Source: Raja brachyura (Eukaryota). From it: 64,000 bases of DNA. The translations under genes were made by a program, and so were the position numbers. The stretch spans positions 67,518,001 through 67,582,000 of the forward strand of contig OY740787.1 in the NCBI GenBank assembly GCA_963514005.1, in the 5' to 3' direction. The notes under the pieces were generated by a model that saw only the letters and a list, made by a program, of their open reading frames with translations, was not told the origin of the DNA and made no database searches. Positions 1 through 13,600 of the stretch are shown here, one piece after another. Position 1 is the stretch's first letter. Each line of letters starts with the position of its first letter.

Positions 1-1379
1 GTGCCAATTTATGAAAAATACATGTTGGAAAATCTCCAAAATCTTATTGTCTAAATAGATCATGTATTATGATATGAGACTGGCTTAAATTAATTTGTTG
101 CTATGAATCTTGCTGGTACCTTATTACAGAAAATTCAAATCAGAATTACTGAAATTTTCTGATTTTCTGAAAAAATACATTGTGTATTCCTATATGCTAT
201 ATGGAACATGAGTTATTGAATATACAGTAATGATCATATATTACATTAACACTACGGTGGGTTCGCCAACAGTTTTAGAACTTGCTGATTAATAGCAGCA
301 AACAATAGGTATAAGGCTAAAATCTTCTTAATTAGTCGCTGAAGATACTGACAGCAGTCACAAGGTTAACAGATAAAATATGAAGACTTGTTTGTCAGGA
401 AAGGTTGAATACGTTGTGTATATTTTCTCCTAAGAAGCTGAGAGGCAACCTGGTTTTCAGGTTAAAGGGGTGGCTTGATAGTTTAGAAAGCAGAAATATT
501 GTCGTTAAAAAATATATATCATAAGATACAGCTTTTATATTCAGGAAGAAGTTCTTTACGCAAAATGTGAAAAGAATGAGGATAAGTAATTGAAGCAAAA
601 GCATAGGTGCATTTAAGGAAAAGCCTAAATGGATTCGGCAGATCAGTAAGGACTGACTAGAAATAAAATGGAGAGAGCTCTACATGCCAAGGTTAGATGC
701 AAAAAAAAATTGATTCAGATATATAGTCATATATGAGCTATCTAAAAAGAAAGTATGTATGAGGATGTCTCTCAAATGGATGTCAAAATGCTTACATTTT
801 CAGAAATAATTTTACAAAGTTCAATGCCAAGAACTGGTTACACCAATGGGCATTCTAAATCCAGTTTGGAAGAAACTGGGAATTGATTGAAACAAGATGG
901 ATAGACAGGCTGGGCAGGATGTAGTCAGGAAGAGGAAATATACTGAGTGTGGTTAGCAAAGAATTGTTTCAGGAGCCTCTATTGCTTCTGCTACTTAGAT
1001 CTATATGTTTTAGGAAATGTAGTTAAATATTCAGAAAATTTAATAGAAGGAGGAAGAAATAAGTACAAAGGTTTACATAATCTGTTGAAGAATTTCAGAA
1101 AATCTAATCTAATTATTATTATTAATCTTCAGCGAGGTGCAGTTTATGCCCGACAGGTTAAGCAATGACAGTCCCCTCTTACTTTGTCAGCAATTACTAT
1201 GACTATATAGTTTTTAAGTGATGATCAGTCAAATATAACAATCACATGGGGGGGGGGGGGGGGGGACTTTATTTATCTTTATTTTGCCACATATTTTAAC
1301 AATTTTATATTAAAACTAATGGATGAAAGTTGACGTAGAATATGATAAAAAGGAGTCCTGATTATATTATTTTACATAG

Positions 1380-2050
1380 GAGATTCATTTGGTCAGGCAG
1401 CATCTTTGGGGGGAATGGACCAATGATGTTTCGGGTTTTGGGACCCTTCTTCAGACTGCATGATTGGAGGGGGGTGAAATCTGGAAGAGAGGTGAGGCCA
1501 GGGCAGAGCCAGCTAGTGACAGGTCGAGACAGGCGAAGGGGGTTGATTGTCATATGGTGAACTATTGATAAAGACTATAGGTGAAAAGGAGATTACAGGG
1601 TATCAGATAAGGAGAGCAGATGCGAAATGTAAAGCCAGATGAAATGGTATTGGTTGAAGGGGACAGGGAGGGGAAGGAAAGGGACTAAAAGAGAACTGTG
1701 AGACTCAGAGATAGGAAATGAGCACATGAAAGAGAGGAAAGGGACAGGGTTACTGCGGTGATGGGAGATGCTGGGAGAAACAGATGGGGTTATTACTTGA
1801 AATCTGGAGATTCAATGTACATACCGTTCATTTGTAAACCACAGAAGAAGAATATGAAGTGCTGTTCTTACAGTTTGCAAGTGGCCTCACTCTGGTAATG
1901 GAGGAGGCGAAGCATAGAAAGGTTGGTATAGGAAGAGGAGTTAAAATCGTTAGCAACCTTAAGTTCCAGCAGGCCATGGCATGCAGAGCACAAGTATTTG
2001 GCAAAAGGGTCACCAAGTGCACGCTTGGTTTTACCAATGTAAAGGGTTGC
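1380..2050 (-). mobile_element. Penelope-like element 3' part (GIY-YIG endonuclease remnant + terminal repeat with hammerhead-like core)
   Basis: ORF 1868-2065: LYIGKTKRALGDPFAKYL…VANDFNS…LLHYQSEATCKL; CTGAAGAAGGG…CCCGAAAC on the - strand at about 1427-1454. Confidence 0.8.
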
Positions 2051-2494
2051 TGCAAACGCCAGCATCTGCTGTTCCTTGCGTCTTCACTTTGTTAGATTAG
2101 ATTGTTTCCTGGTGATTATGGCATTTTGTCATACGACCTTTGTTTCTTCCAAGTAAAAATTATCTTATATTCAAATAGCTCCAGCATCTTTCAGCTCATA
2201 TCCCAAGATCTCTGAGTTCTTCCACTTGTTGCCAGGTCTCATCTCGGAATTTTGCAGTTAGTAAACGATAATACATTACCAGTCTGAAGAAGGGTCTCGA
2301 CCCAAAATGCTGTCTGTCTATTTCCTCCAGGGATGCTGCCTGACCTGCTGAGTTCCTCCATCAATTTGTGCTTTGCTCAAGATTTTTCCAAACACAGGTT
2401 ACAATAATATATCGTAGGCGAAACCACAAAATTGACCATGATGTGTAATTTAGATTGGGAAGTGGACTTTCTTTGTCAATGACCTAGAAGTCAT

Positions 2495-3695
2495 TTAGAT
2501 GTGCAAGGGCTGATTAGGGATAGTTAGCATGGTTTTGTCTGTGGGAGGTCGTGTCTCACAAATCTGATTGAGTTTTTCAAAGACGTGACCAAAGAGGTCG
2601 ATGAGGGCAGAGCTGTACATGTTGTATACATGGATTTTAGTAAGGCATTTGACAAGGTTCCGCATGGTAGGCTGCTCTGGAAAGTTAGATCGCATGGGAT
2701 CCAAGGAGAATTAGCTGAATGGATAGCAAATTGGCTCCATGGAAGGAATGAGAGGGTAATGGTGGAAGGGTGCTTCTCGGACTGGATGCCTATGACTAGT
2801 GGTGTGTCTCAGGGTTCGGTGCTGGGCCCATTACGCTTACTACATCAATGATTTGGAAGGGAACATACAGGACAAAATTAACAAGTTTGTTGATGATACA
2901 AAAGTGGGTGGTTTTGCATATGGTGAAGATGGTTGTGAAAGATCCAGGATCTGGATCGATTGGCCAGGTGGGCTGAAGAATGGTTGATGTAATTTAATAC
3001 AGAGAGGTGTGAGGTGTTGCATTTTGGGACGTCCAACAAGGCCAGGACCTACATTGAATGGGGGACATCTGGGGAGTGTTGTAGAGCAGAGGGATCTAGG
3101 AGTGCAGGTGCATGGTTCCTTGAAGGTCGCGTAGCAGGTAGATAAAGTGGTCAAAAAGGCTTTTAGCACATTGGCCTTCTTCTGTCAGAGTATAGAGTAT
3201 AAAAATTGGGAGGTCATGTTGCAGTTGTATAAGATGTTGGTGAGACCGCATTTATAATATTGTGTTCAGTTCTGGACACCGTGCTATAGGAAAGATGTTG
3301 TCAAGCTTGAAAGGGTTCAGAGAAGATTTACGAGGATGTTGCTAGGACCAGAGGGTCTGAGCTATTGGGGTGAGGTGAGTAGGCTGGGTCTCTATTCCTT
3401 GGAACGCTGGAGGATGAGGGGGTGATCTTATAGAGGTGTGCAAAATCATGAGAGGAATAGTTTGGATAGATGCACAGAGTCTCTTGCCCAGATTAGGGGA
3501 ATCGAGGACCAGAGGATATTGGTTCAAGGTGAAGGGAAAAAGACTTAATAGGAATCTGAGGGGTAACTTTTTCACACAAAGGGTGGTGGGTGTATGGAAC
3601 AACCTGCCAGGGGAGGTGGGACTCTTGTAGCTGGTGCAAGGTGGCCGGTGTGGGCAAGTTGGGTCGAAGGACCTGTTTCCACACTGTATCACTAT
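2495..3695 (+). mobile_element. CR1 LINE, 5'-truncated (RT domain to 3' tail), frameshifted
   Basis: VVYMDFSKAFDKVPHGRL, GVSQGSVLGP, KFVDDTK, RGNFFTQRVVGVWNNLP; CR1 3'UTR ending …GGACCTGTTTCCACACTGTAT. Confidence 0.92.
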
Positions 3696-3852
3696 GGCTC
3701 TGTCCATTTCTTCAAAGCCTCTGCAACCAGGGGTGTTTATTCACTTCTGGTGATTGGAGGCCGAACACAGAATTATATCTTTAGGTCCTAATCTCTGATA
3801 TTCCCGCTGAGTATCTCGACATGTTTCCTTCGCTGATCCTGCTCAAAGCCTA

Positions 3853-4088
3853 GGGTTACACAAAAAGCTGGAGAAACTCAGCGGGTGCAGCAGCATCTAA
3901 GGAGCGAAGGAGATAGGCGACATTTCGGGTCGAGATCCTTCTTCAGACCCTCTTCTCAACTTCACCACTCCATCCTATCCCCCTTTGTTAAATCCCTCCC
4001 CACCTATGTTCAAGACACCTCAGACACTCTCCGTCGGCTCCACGCATTCCATTCCCCAGGCCCCCATCCTCTCATCTTCACCACTACA
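3853..4088. mobile_element. Short Penelope-like insertion (inverted terminal repeat + RT fragment) with 14-bp flanking duplication
   Basis: CTGCTCAAAGCCTA at 3839-3852 and 4089-4102; 3854-3947 nearly identical to 63280-63374; LSPFVKSLPTYVQDTSDTL…GPHPLIFT resembles Penelope RT. Confidence 0.8.
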
Positions 4089-4489
4089 CTGCTCAAAGCC
4101 TACTTTTGTAACCTAAGTTTCTGTTACTGTTATGACAAGCTCTTGGGTGACTTGATATGAAACTCCTGACGTGAACCCCCTTTGGATGTTGCACTGCAAT
4201 GCTATTTAAATGCAATTTGTCATCAATTTCAGTGGTCATGCAAAGCGAAAAGGACGCAATGGCGCTGAAGGAAATAACCATGTGGGTGACTAACTAAAAA
4301 ACATGGAAAAGTAATGTATTTATTCGGTTGGTTGAGTTTTTGAATCGTATCCAAATGTGACAGGGTTGGTGGAATGCGTTTTAAAAACGTAAAATAAAAA
4401 CTAAACTGGCGTGCTCTTTTAATGTAAAATAATTATTACAAAAAATAATTAATAAATGCGAAAGCTTCTGTCAGTTTGGTGCCCTGGGG

Positions 4490-4676
4490 GTTGCAGGACG
4501 TCCCACTTGCAGGAGCTGGGGGGAGGATCCGGTAGCGCGCGAAACTCTGCCCGGGCTCCGCCTCCTCAGTGGGAGGTTCGCAGCCGGCGCGCCACTCGCT
4601 TGCATCGCCCTCTCACTGACTGCATGCGATTTATCACTGCTTCTTAAATAACTTTTTGAACACTTCTACAAATAAA
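4490..4676 (+). promoter_or_regulatory. CDCA7 proximal promoter / 5'UTR with E2F sites
   Basis: Local CpG/GC-rich patch; GCGCGAAA (=TTTCGCGC) at 4537-4544, GC-box-like CTCCGCCTCC at 4556-4565, GGCGCGCCA at 4586-4594. CDCA7 is a known E2F target. Confidence 0.7.
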
Positions 4677-4697
4677 ATGAAGAAACTTCGGGCAAGG
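4677..4697 (+). CDS. CDCA7: CDCA7 exon 1 coding part (MKKLRAR)
   Basis: AAAATG start followed by a perfect AGG|GTAAGT donor, just downstream of the CpG/E2F promoter. Seven codons, phase 0, as recalled for human exon 1 (MDARRVP). Confidence 0.75.
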
Positions 4698-7600
4698 GTA
4701 AGTGTACAAGTTTCGCACTTGCATATGAACAAGTGGGTCGATTCGGAGAACTTTCACTGCACAGTGGATTCATTGGAAAGCTCAAATGCTCATTTTGACA
4801 ACATGAATTAAGATTATGCTTTAACATTATGCTTTGTTGGATTATGCTAGTCAGGTTTTCAAATTTATACGGTTCGAATCTTATTGTAAAATCTAATGCC
4901 TGGTAAATGTCAACGTAACCACGAGTTGCAGAACTTTAAATACGTATTAGTTGCACCTTATTGTGCGCTATAAAATGGGTGGTTGTAAATTAAAAATAAA
5001 ATGTAGTAAATCACACTTTAGGGTGAAATCTCTGCATTGAACTTTGGTTTCGGGATTTAAACTCGGCGCCTGGTCATGTGACAGGACTCGACGCGGGAAA
5101 AGGTCTGGGTGATTGGCAGGAGTCCCGGGGCGCGCGGCGGAGTCGGCAACCAGTCAATGCCGCCACTTGCCTTCGTTGTGTCTCACTGCAAAAACTTTGC
5201 CCTGCACAGTCTACTGGACGCGAACTCGTTAAATGGCAAATGGTGCACCTCTACTCAATTGCAATTAGTCTTTTGTGGGTAACTTTAGGCACCTATGACC
5301 TCTAATTGACCACAAAATCTGAGCTCAGTTCGTACAAAGTTGAGTTGGGGAGCATGAATTGCTCCATCGCTGCAATAATTAACGAGTGCATGTGGTCTGC
5401 TGTGGGTAGACGTGTTGATTAAACTACTCTCGCTAGCTGAACTCACGCAATCTTGGAAACGGATATAGTGGTCTGTGTTGTTCACTTAACATGTCATTCC
5501 ATCCAGCTAAAAAGAGTTTCCGATCACAGAAATCGGATCTTTAAACGCTTGGACTTGGTTTTCAACTATCTTTTAAAAAAAAAGTTTTCTCGCGTGTGCA
5601 ATTTGAAAATCGTTTATAAAGAACATGTGGATCCACAAATACGAAGATCGCAATTTTAAACAGGAGTTAAGATTTATTTTTGATAGACTGGTTAATTTTG
5701 AATCTTTCAGACAAGTTTCATGCTTGTTTTTTTTTTAACCTCTACATACTGACTGTTGATTCCCGGTTTAGCAACGGGTTGATTTTCAAATTGTCACCCC
5801 TTTTCATTCTTCCCCCCCCCCCCCCCCCCCCCCAATCATATCTGGGCCGTTTTTTGTATTATAACTGCACCCTTGTATTTAAACATAACCCTGATTGCCT
5901 TCAACTAAATTGTAAAGAGGTGGCCTGTTTCCCATGTTTCACTTCCTTCCCGTTTCCTTCATCATTCCACTGCCACGTTGTAACTGCCTGGGCGTTAGAG
6001 GAAAGCTGCTGCGTAAATGCTGATACTTGTCCGTCTACTTAGTCCATAATCCTTGATCTGTTCAAGATACTTTTGTCATAATAGTTTGTAATCCATAGGG
6101 TAAATACGGCACACATCGAGAGTGATCTCATTAATTTCATTGTTTACCTCTTCTCCTTGAGGCTTCTAAGATTTGTCGCCCATCTCCTTCCCTCATGCTT
6201 CTTACATTCCCGGGTGAAAAGTGATTGACACTTGCCACGGCCCATTTCTCGAGCAATAAGCAAGTTCGGTATTCTGACTGCGCATGCCCAGGTCATAGGT
6301 CACTCGAGAAAAAAATTATTAGCAGCTGAGCTCCTGCGTGTATACAGACCTGAATTTTATCCATAACCAGAATCGAACCGGGTCTCCGGAGCTGCAAGCG
6401 CTGTTGAATTGCTACTGGAGTTAGCGGCACTATTTCTCCCTTCTCCTCTGGTCCATGCAGAAATCTCAGCAATCTAATAACATCTCTGGAGAAGGATCTC
6501 GACCCAAAACGTCAGCTATTCCTTTTCTCCAAAGAAGCTGCCTGTCCCGCTGAGTTACTGCAGCATTTTGTGTGTATCCCCAGCACCGAGGGGGTTAACC
6601 GACAGCCACTGGATAAGGCGAGAGGTACAGCTGGCGGTCCCCGGCCCATCGGAGAACGGGTTACTCGGGAGTTGGAGCAGAGTTCAGCTGGAGTTAGTGC
6701 TTCTCCGCGCTGGCTGTAAGCCTGGGGCCGCCACTGCTCCGGGCCGTCAGCCCAGGGTCACCCCAGACATCTCTGGCCGCCCCCAGACAGGGATGGGGCA
6801 CTCGGGACGGGACGGTCCGGTAGTAATTGAACAGCGCTTGCAGCGCCGGAGATCTGGGTTTGGTCCTGACTACGGATGAAAGGCAGGTCTGTACACATAC
6901 AGCAGCTCAGCTGCTGAGAATGTCTCTCCCCTGTCTCTCACTCGCATCTGATCCCTCTCTCTCTCTTGCTGTTACACCCTACTCTACCACTACATGGCAC
7001 CCCCCCCCTCGTTCCTCAGATTAAATATATTTTTACACATAAATTATGAATAAAGATAAGAAAATGTTTCAAACACAAGTCATATTTTCTTATTCCAGTA
7101 GCAAGCACATTAAGAATAAATTCTTTAATTTTTTAAATATCTCATAATTGCAGATTAATGAACTGATCTAGAACTGGGACTGTAAGTAGTGTGTGAACAG
7201 CAGAACAAGAAAGGAAGCTATTGAGTTGACAGAATTCTAGCTTAATTGGTAGAATAGTTAACAATTTATACACAGTTTATACAGCCAGCGCTTCGTTCGC
7301 TTTTTCTTTATCAAATGACCTTTAACGATTCCCATGATTCCTTGCTTTTTTTAAATACCGAACTCGCTTATTATAGGCACTTTTTTAATGAAGATTTCTT
7401 TACCCTCACTTCTCCATCTCTCAACTCCAATCCTGAATATTTATTTAAATTACTGTCTCCTAGTCCTGAACTATGTACTTGGTGGAAATGGATTTTTCTA
7501 GTTTATCCTTTCTACACCCATCATGGTCTTCCACAGTTCAATGAGGTTTAATTACTTTGGCCCATGGAGAACATACCATGTTTTTGTGCCTGACTAGAGC

Positions 7601-10600
7601 ATCCTCACTAGATCTTTTGCAGCGGTTAAGGGTACCACCTTGGCCAATTCTGGTCATTTTGCCATTGTGGGATCATGTATTCTTTGTATTATGCACCTAT
7701 TTGTGTAGCTCGGGGTTCTGCATGCTTTTCCAACTCCTGTCAATATTACTACCATTTTTATGGAGTTGTGCATTTTTGCACACCAAGGTTGCTCTGTTCC
7801 TGCACATGTTTTGGAACATTCATTGGCATTATATTGGCTGGTATTCTGTTGGATCTGATCTGCTTGCCAGATCAGCTGCATGTGTCCCACTGCATGCTCC
7901 TCCTTGCCTGCACGAGGTGTGCAAGGCTCTCCATGCCCTTAAATGTAATTCAAATGGACACATCTGCAGACAGCTGCCTGGGTTTGCAGGGAGCTTGCTG
8001 GCTTTCAGGCATTTTATCTTTTTTTCACGTTTCTGACCTTCAAAGAAAATTAAAGTCCATAAACCCCAGTAGAAAAATAAAGATAGTAATTTGAAATACC
8101 AATTTAAAAAAAAAACAACAAAAAATAAACCCAACCTTGATACAGGTGAAGAGGGTTTTATGAAAGGCAGGTGGTTGGACAAAATCTAAAGATGAAAAGA
8201 TGGAGGTGCGAGGCAACCAGGCAACATCTATGGATTGAAATTGGGCAAACAATTGTGTATAGTCATGGATGCTGCCTGGCCTGCTGTGTTCTTCCAACAC
8301 TTTGTATGTTGCACATGACTGCAGCATCTGCAATCTCTCATGCCTCTATTGTACTTATGTTAGTGGGGCAGTAGCCCAAGGTTTTGACCACTTATTCAGA
8401 GCAATTGAGATGGATCCTCACCATAACAAACAGAGAACTCAAATTCGAGTAATGTATTTCCCGGCAATGAAAACGCTATTTTTTTTAACCCAAAAATAAG
8501 GCACGAAAATTTACCTGCATCTTGGAGGCCAAAGGTTAGGTTGTTAGCCAAGAAAGATAGACTTGGCTATCCTTCAGTACGATGTTGCTGTACTGAGGGA
8601 TAGGCAAGTCTATCCTTAATTGCTGATAGCTGAAGGGAAGCGGCTGTTAAACAACAGCGCTGGGTGGGGGGGTGGGGGAGAGAGTTCCTTTTCCCAGCTT
8701 GTGGGGAGTCTGGCCTGGGTCAGCATGGGTAGCAACTGGACGGAAGGCTAGCTGCTCCGTCCCAGGCAGACGACCTGGCAACTGCAGCTAGTCCAGGGCT
8801 CACAGGCAATGTTGCCAACCCCTGGACTAAACTAAACACCCGATCCTGTCCCCCCATCCTTTTTTCAAAATTTAACAACTTAAATTGGGGGTGCCTCTTC
8901 GGCGCAAGTGCGTCTTCATTGCGGGGAAATATGGTAATTTAAATAAAATCAGAACTTCTTGCAAAGGAAAAATAGGTCTCAGTAAAAGCCAGAAAAAGGG
9001 TTAAATTGTTGTAATTAAACCCATCTGATCTGCTTGTGCCCTTTATTGAAGGGAATCTGCTGTCCTCACCTGGCCTTGCCCATATGTCACTCCAGTCCTA
9101 CCAACATGGCTGAATCTGAGCTGCCTCACAGGGACAATAAATGCTTGCACTGCCAGAAATGTCCATTTCGCATAATCCAAAAATTAAGTAAAATTTATAT
9201 ATTTAGTGCTCCGAGATACAGCATAGAAACGGGCCCATTAGCCCACCGAGTCTACGCTGACCATCGATCACCCGCTCATACTATTTCTATATTGTCCCAT
9301 TTGCTCATCCTTTCCCGACATATTAGGGCAATTTACAGAGGCCAATTAGCCTACAAACCCGCATGTCTTTGGGATGTAGGTGGAAACCAAAGCACCTGGA
9401 GGCACCGCACGCGGTCACAGAGAGAACATGCAGACTCCACACAGGCAGCACATGTATGTGTTCGTTTGAATCTAAATTTCTAAAGGGCAGAATGAATAAT
9501 TGCATATTTGGTTTATTTTAGAGTTATTAGTGGAGCTCACCATTAGCCAAACGATAAATACTTTTGAATAACGGGTATTTTTCAGCTCCCATTTTCCACT
9601 GGAACATGTAGCGAGAGTGATGCCCTTTTTGAATGAATGTCAATTATTTTTATCCTGTTAGTGTAAAAATGTTAGCAAAGGCCTTGATGTGGATCAGTCA
9701 CAATTCCAACCTACAGAAATACTGTAAATGGACACAAAATACTGGAGTAAATCAGCAGGACAGGCAGCAACTCTGGAAAGAAGGAATGGCTGACATTTCA
9801 GGTGACCCTTTAAATACTGTAATGTTTTCTTACAAACTCTAGTTGTAAACCATATTTTTTTTTAAAAATATTTCAGATAGTCTTGACATACCTTTCAATA
9901 CCAGCAGCCCATTGAAGCATATGGCAAGTACTGTTTGTAACAAGACATTTTAAGACAATAAAATGAAACCAGGTTGATGGAAAATGTCTTTAATTTGTGC
10001 ACAATGAGGAGGAAGCTAACCACACAAAGTTAATGCTAAATGTACAGAAAACCTGACCCGCTTTGAACTCTTTCATAAACCCCAGTTTTGATCATTTGCA
10101 GCTTTTCATCCTTTTCATCATCTGTTGAATTTTGAGGGTGGAGGCTAGTCCAACATGGTTTTAGGATGGTCTCCAAATTTCAATACATCATCCCAACATT
10201 AATAGCAAAGGGAAAACAATATTGAATGGCTGCCTGCCACTTTAATTCACTGTCCCTCTCCCACAGACCATTCTATCTGTGGCCTCCTGTGCCGTCACAA
10301 TGAAACCCAGTCTGAGTTGAAACCTCAGCTGCAGTCTGCAAACCAGGTGTGGACCTCTGCATTTTCACGTGGGAGGGATCTGGTCGTTTGTTCATTTGTC
10401 TGCGGGGCCTGAATGCAACTGAAAGTGTAACTAACATTTAAATAACTCAGATTTTAGGGTGTTTTTTTTTTCCTCTCAGAACGTGTCTTTTTAATGGGAG
10501 TTTCAATTTCTGAGAGCTTAGTTTCGAAATACATTATTGAGGCTGGCCCTTTGGTATTCCAAGCCTATACCGACAGTCGATCAACCGTTCACATTAGTTC

Positions 10601-13600
10601 TATATTGTCCCACTATTTTGTCCACTCCTTACACACTAGGGGCAATTTACAGAGGCCAATTAATCTACAAACCCGCATGTCTTTGAGATGTGGGATAAAA
10701 TCAGAGCACCTGGAGGGAACCCTCCAGGTACATGGAGAATGTGCAAACTCCACACAGACTGCACCCGAGGTCAGGATCTAGCCCGGGTCTGTAGTGCTGT
10801 TAGGCAGTGGCTCTATAAGCGGTAACGCTGTGCTGCCCCAAAATATTAACTTGTCCCTAATTGCCACATTAGTTCAACCTGTCACAGGAATTCCTTTTGT
10901 TTCACCTACTGTCCTCCAGCATCGTCCCTGGATCCCAAACTGCCTTGGAAGAGGAAGGGCATGCTTGTCTGTTAGAGAACTAGAACAACATCAAGGGGAT
11001 TCAGATACAAGGAGAATGGGAGAGGCCTATTATGGAAATATTGTTTAGAAGAAGTGGCGGGGACCTGAGACCTGCTTCCTGGATTGAGGTGGATTAAGAG
11101 TCCTCATTTTGAACATAAGCATGAGCGCTGGGATTTGGGAATAACCTAACAGCTGGGGGGGGGGTTTGCGCAGTAAGGCCTGATGGGCTGAATGGCTTGC
11201 TTCAAACTTTTTATTTTCATTTTAATTTTTTTTTGGAAAGTTATGTGAATATTTATTTTAAAACTGGGTGGATGATAAGTTCAGTGTGGGGAACTGCCTG
11301 GAGGAATTAATGATCTTGACATTATTAGGAATTGAACTGTCAGAGTCAATTACCCAGGGAAGCTTAAACCATTTCCCCTCATTTTAACTGCACGTTAATT
11401 CAGTTTCCTCGCATTACCAGGTTTATTAATATCCCATCAGTGCTTGCTGTTAAAGAGAAATAATCAACAGAAAAGGAGATTGATGGTCAGTTTTTAATGG
11501 TCAGTGAAAGTCATGGTCTGCTTAATAAAAGCTTGCAGTTTGTGCTGTTGTGTTTGTCCTACTACACCATAACTGCTCGCAACAAAAGATTCACTTTTCT
11601 AACTTCACGTGAGAGTCGTTAAACCAATGGTTTCAGTAGACTGGTTGTTTCAACATGAACTTCATTCTCGTGCAACGAGCTCCATTATTATCGGAAATGT
11701 TGAAAGACCAAAAAAAAATTAATGTAGGAAATATTCAGCAGGTTCGGCAGACCTGTGGAGAGAGAAGCAGGATTAACATTTTCGTCATTGGTGTTTCATC
11801 GGAAATGAGGCATCATCGTTTGCAACTTCAAGCATGTTTGACTTCTATTGGAAACCTCGGTATTTGATTTGTATTTGACTGTACAAGTTGAGCTTTGGGC
11901 AATTTTTCATGCCTCGACTAAGATGACATGACTGTCCTTTGCAACATTACCACGCTCTGACGTGCCTCCACTTGTCTGTTGCTGAAATTCGTCCATCTGA
12001 TTGTTGTTCTAATGCACGGTTGATGGGCCATTTCCCGGCCCCCTTTTCTTTCCTGCCTATTCACCCACCATCTGCAACTCACTAAAGGCACACTACTTCC
12101 CGGTTTCGATTCTTATGTTAGTTTTTAAATCTTTTCCTGGGTTTGCCCTTCTTTAATCTCCTTCGGCACACAAAAATGTGTGACCTCATCAGTTTTCCCA
12201 AATTAAAATGGCTTCAAAAGCTTCAAAGTTGTGGTATTCCCTCCTCAAACCGCTCTTATCTCTTTAAACCATAGATTGCATTAGCCATCTGCCTTGATCT
12301 CGGCATGAAATTCAACATCAACATTCATGTTTTTGTGAGCCATCTTTTGGATTTTCTTACTTTGCAAGGGTCCTCGATAAGCATGGGCTATTGTGAAGAC
12401 CCGATTCTTTTTATTTATTTTTAATTGAGTTTTTCTTTTAATGTAATTATTCTGCAAGAAAATGTGCAGAGCAGGCAGGTCCCAGTTAGTGGATCAAACA
12501 TTTGCATCAAGTTAAAGCTGAAGTAACCCAGCAATGCCATGCACAGAGTTTAATGCACAGCGTTGCCTTTTTTAATAGAAAAATGAGCTGCATCTTTAAA
12601 TCTGAACTCGAGGCTTTATGTTGGAAAGGACGGGTTTCCTGTGTGGTGAAAGGAAGAGTGTTTCCAGGCTCGTGTGTTTTTCTGATGATGAAAACCCAGT
12701 AATGATCTAAGAGGTCCAGCAGTATTACCATTTCAAATGCGAGGGCCCAGTGGGGCACCAAGCACATTTTTTTTCTGTGTTGCTAGCAGAGATCCCTGAA
12801 AAGACTTGCCGGCTGTCTTGTCTGTTGGAAGCAGTGCAACAACCTTTGGGTCAGAGTATAAATACAGCCTGTCTGTGACCTATTTTCTTTAGTTTGTTCA
12901 TTTCTCGCCATGGGACAGCTGTCGGTTACATTGATACGAGAGCGAAAATTGGGTGATTTGCAGCTTTTACATTTACGATTTTTTAATTTAATTGCATATC
13001 GTAGATGTGTCTGAAACTGGGAACTTTTATTCTGCCCACAAGTGTAAAACCCACATCTCCGTATTACAAGAAAGAAAAGTTCAAAATGTTTTATCTTTAA
13101 AAAAAAAATCGATGCAATCCACTGGGAGCTGTGTGTACAATGAGTTTTAATAAACAATTTTATTTCTGTGTGATTTGCAATGGTGGAGAAATAGAGTTTG
13201 AAGTTTCATTTGATTTGCATTCAGGCCATGTTGCTACTATCACAGATTAGCTGGGTTGTCAGTATTCCAGCTGGTATTGCAGATTTCTGTATGGAACAAT
13301 AAAACTTTATCTGCTACTTTGGTTTCTCAAACTAACCAAAACATGCTGTATGAATATCGAATAAGCACAACTGATGATAAATATCTACAAATCTCAAAGC
13401 CAGTCTGCAAAGCTCAAATAAATTGGCTCCGCATTCCATTTACATAGTACAAAGCAGATTCAGAGTAGGACTGTGTGTTATGCTAAGTGAATTCCTTGCA
13501 ATTCGTATCATTAAAACCTGACACTAAAAGAAATTATTTAAAAGGTATTCAAGATTGTATTTTTTTTTTTCTCTCTCTTGCAGCAGATAGACCTTTCTGG

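Noticed and set aside
1-1200. Possible decayed L1/Tx1 ORF2 3' region
   Set aside because: A-rich composition is suggestive but no diagnostic motif could be read.
1248-1265. Long G/C homopolymers (also 5812-5833, about 34664-34683)
   Set aside because: Simple repeats with unreliable length in assemblies; no evidence of function.
7557-8182. Overlapping Cys/Leu-rich ORFs (139-159 aa) in CDCA7 intron 1
   Set aside because: No recognisable domain or splice support; probably antisense to a decayed transposon or random.
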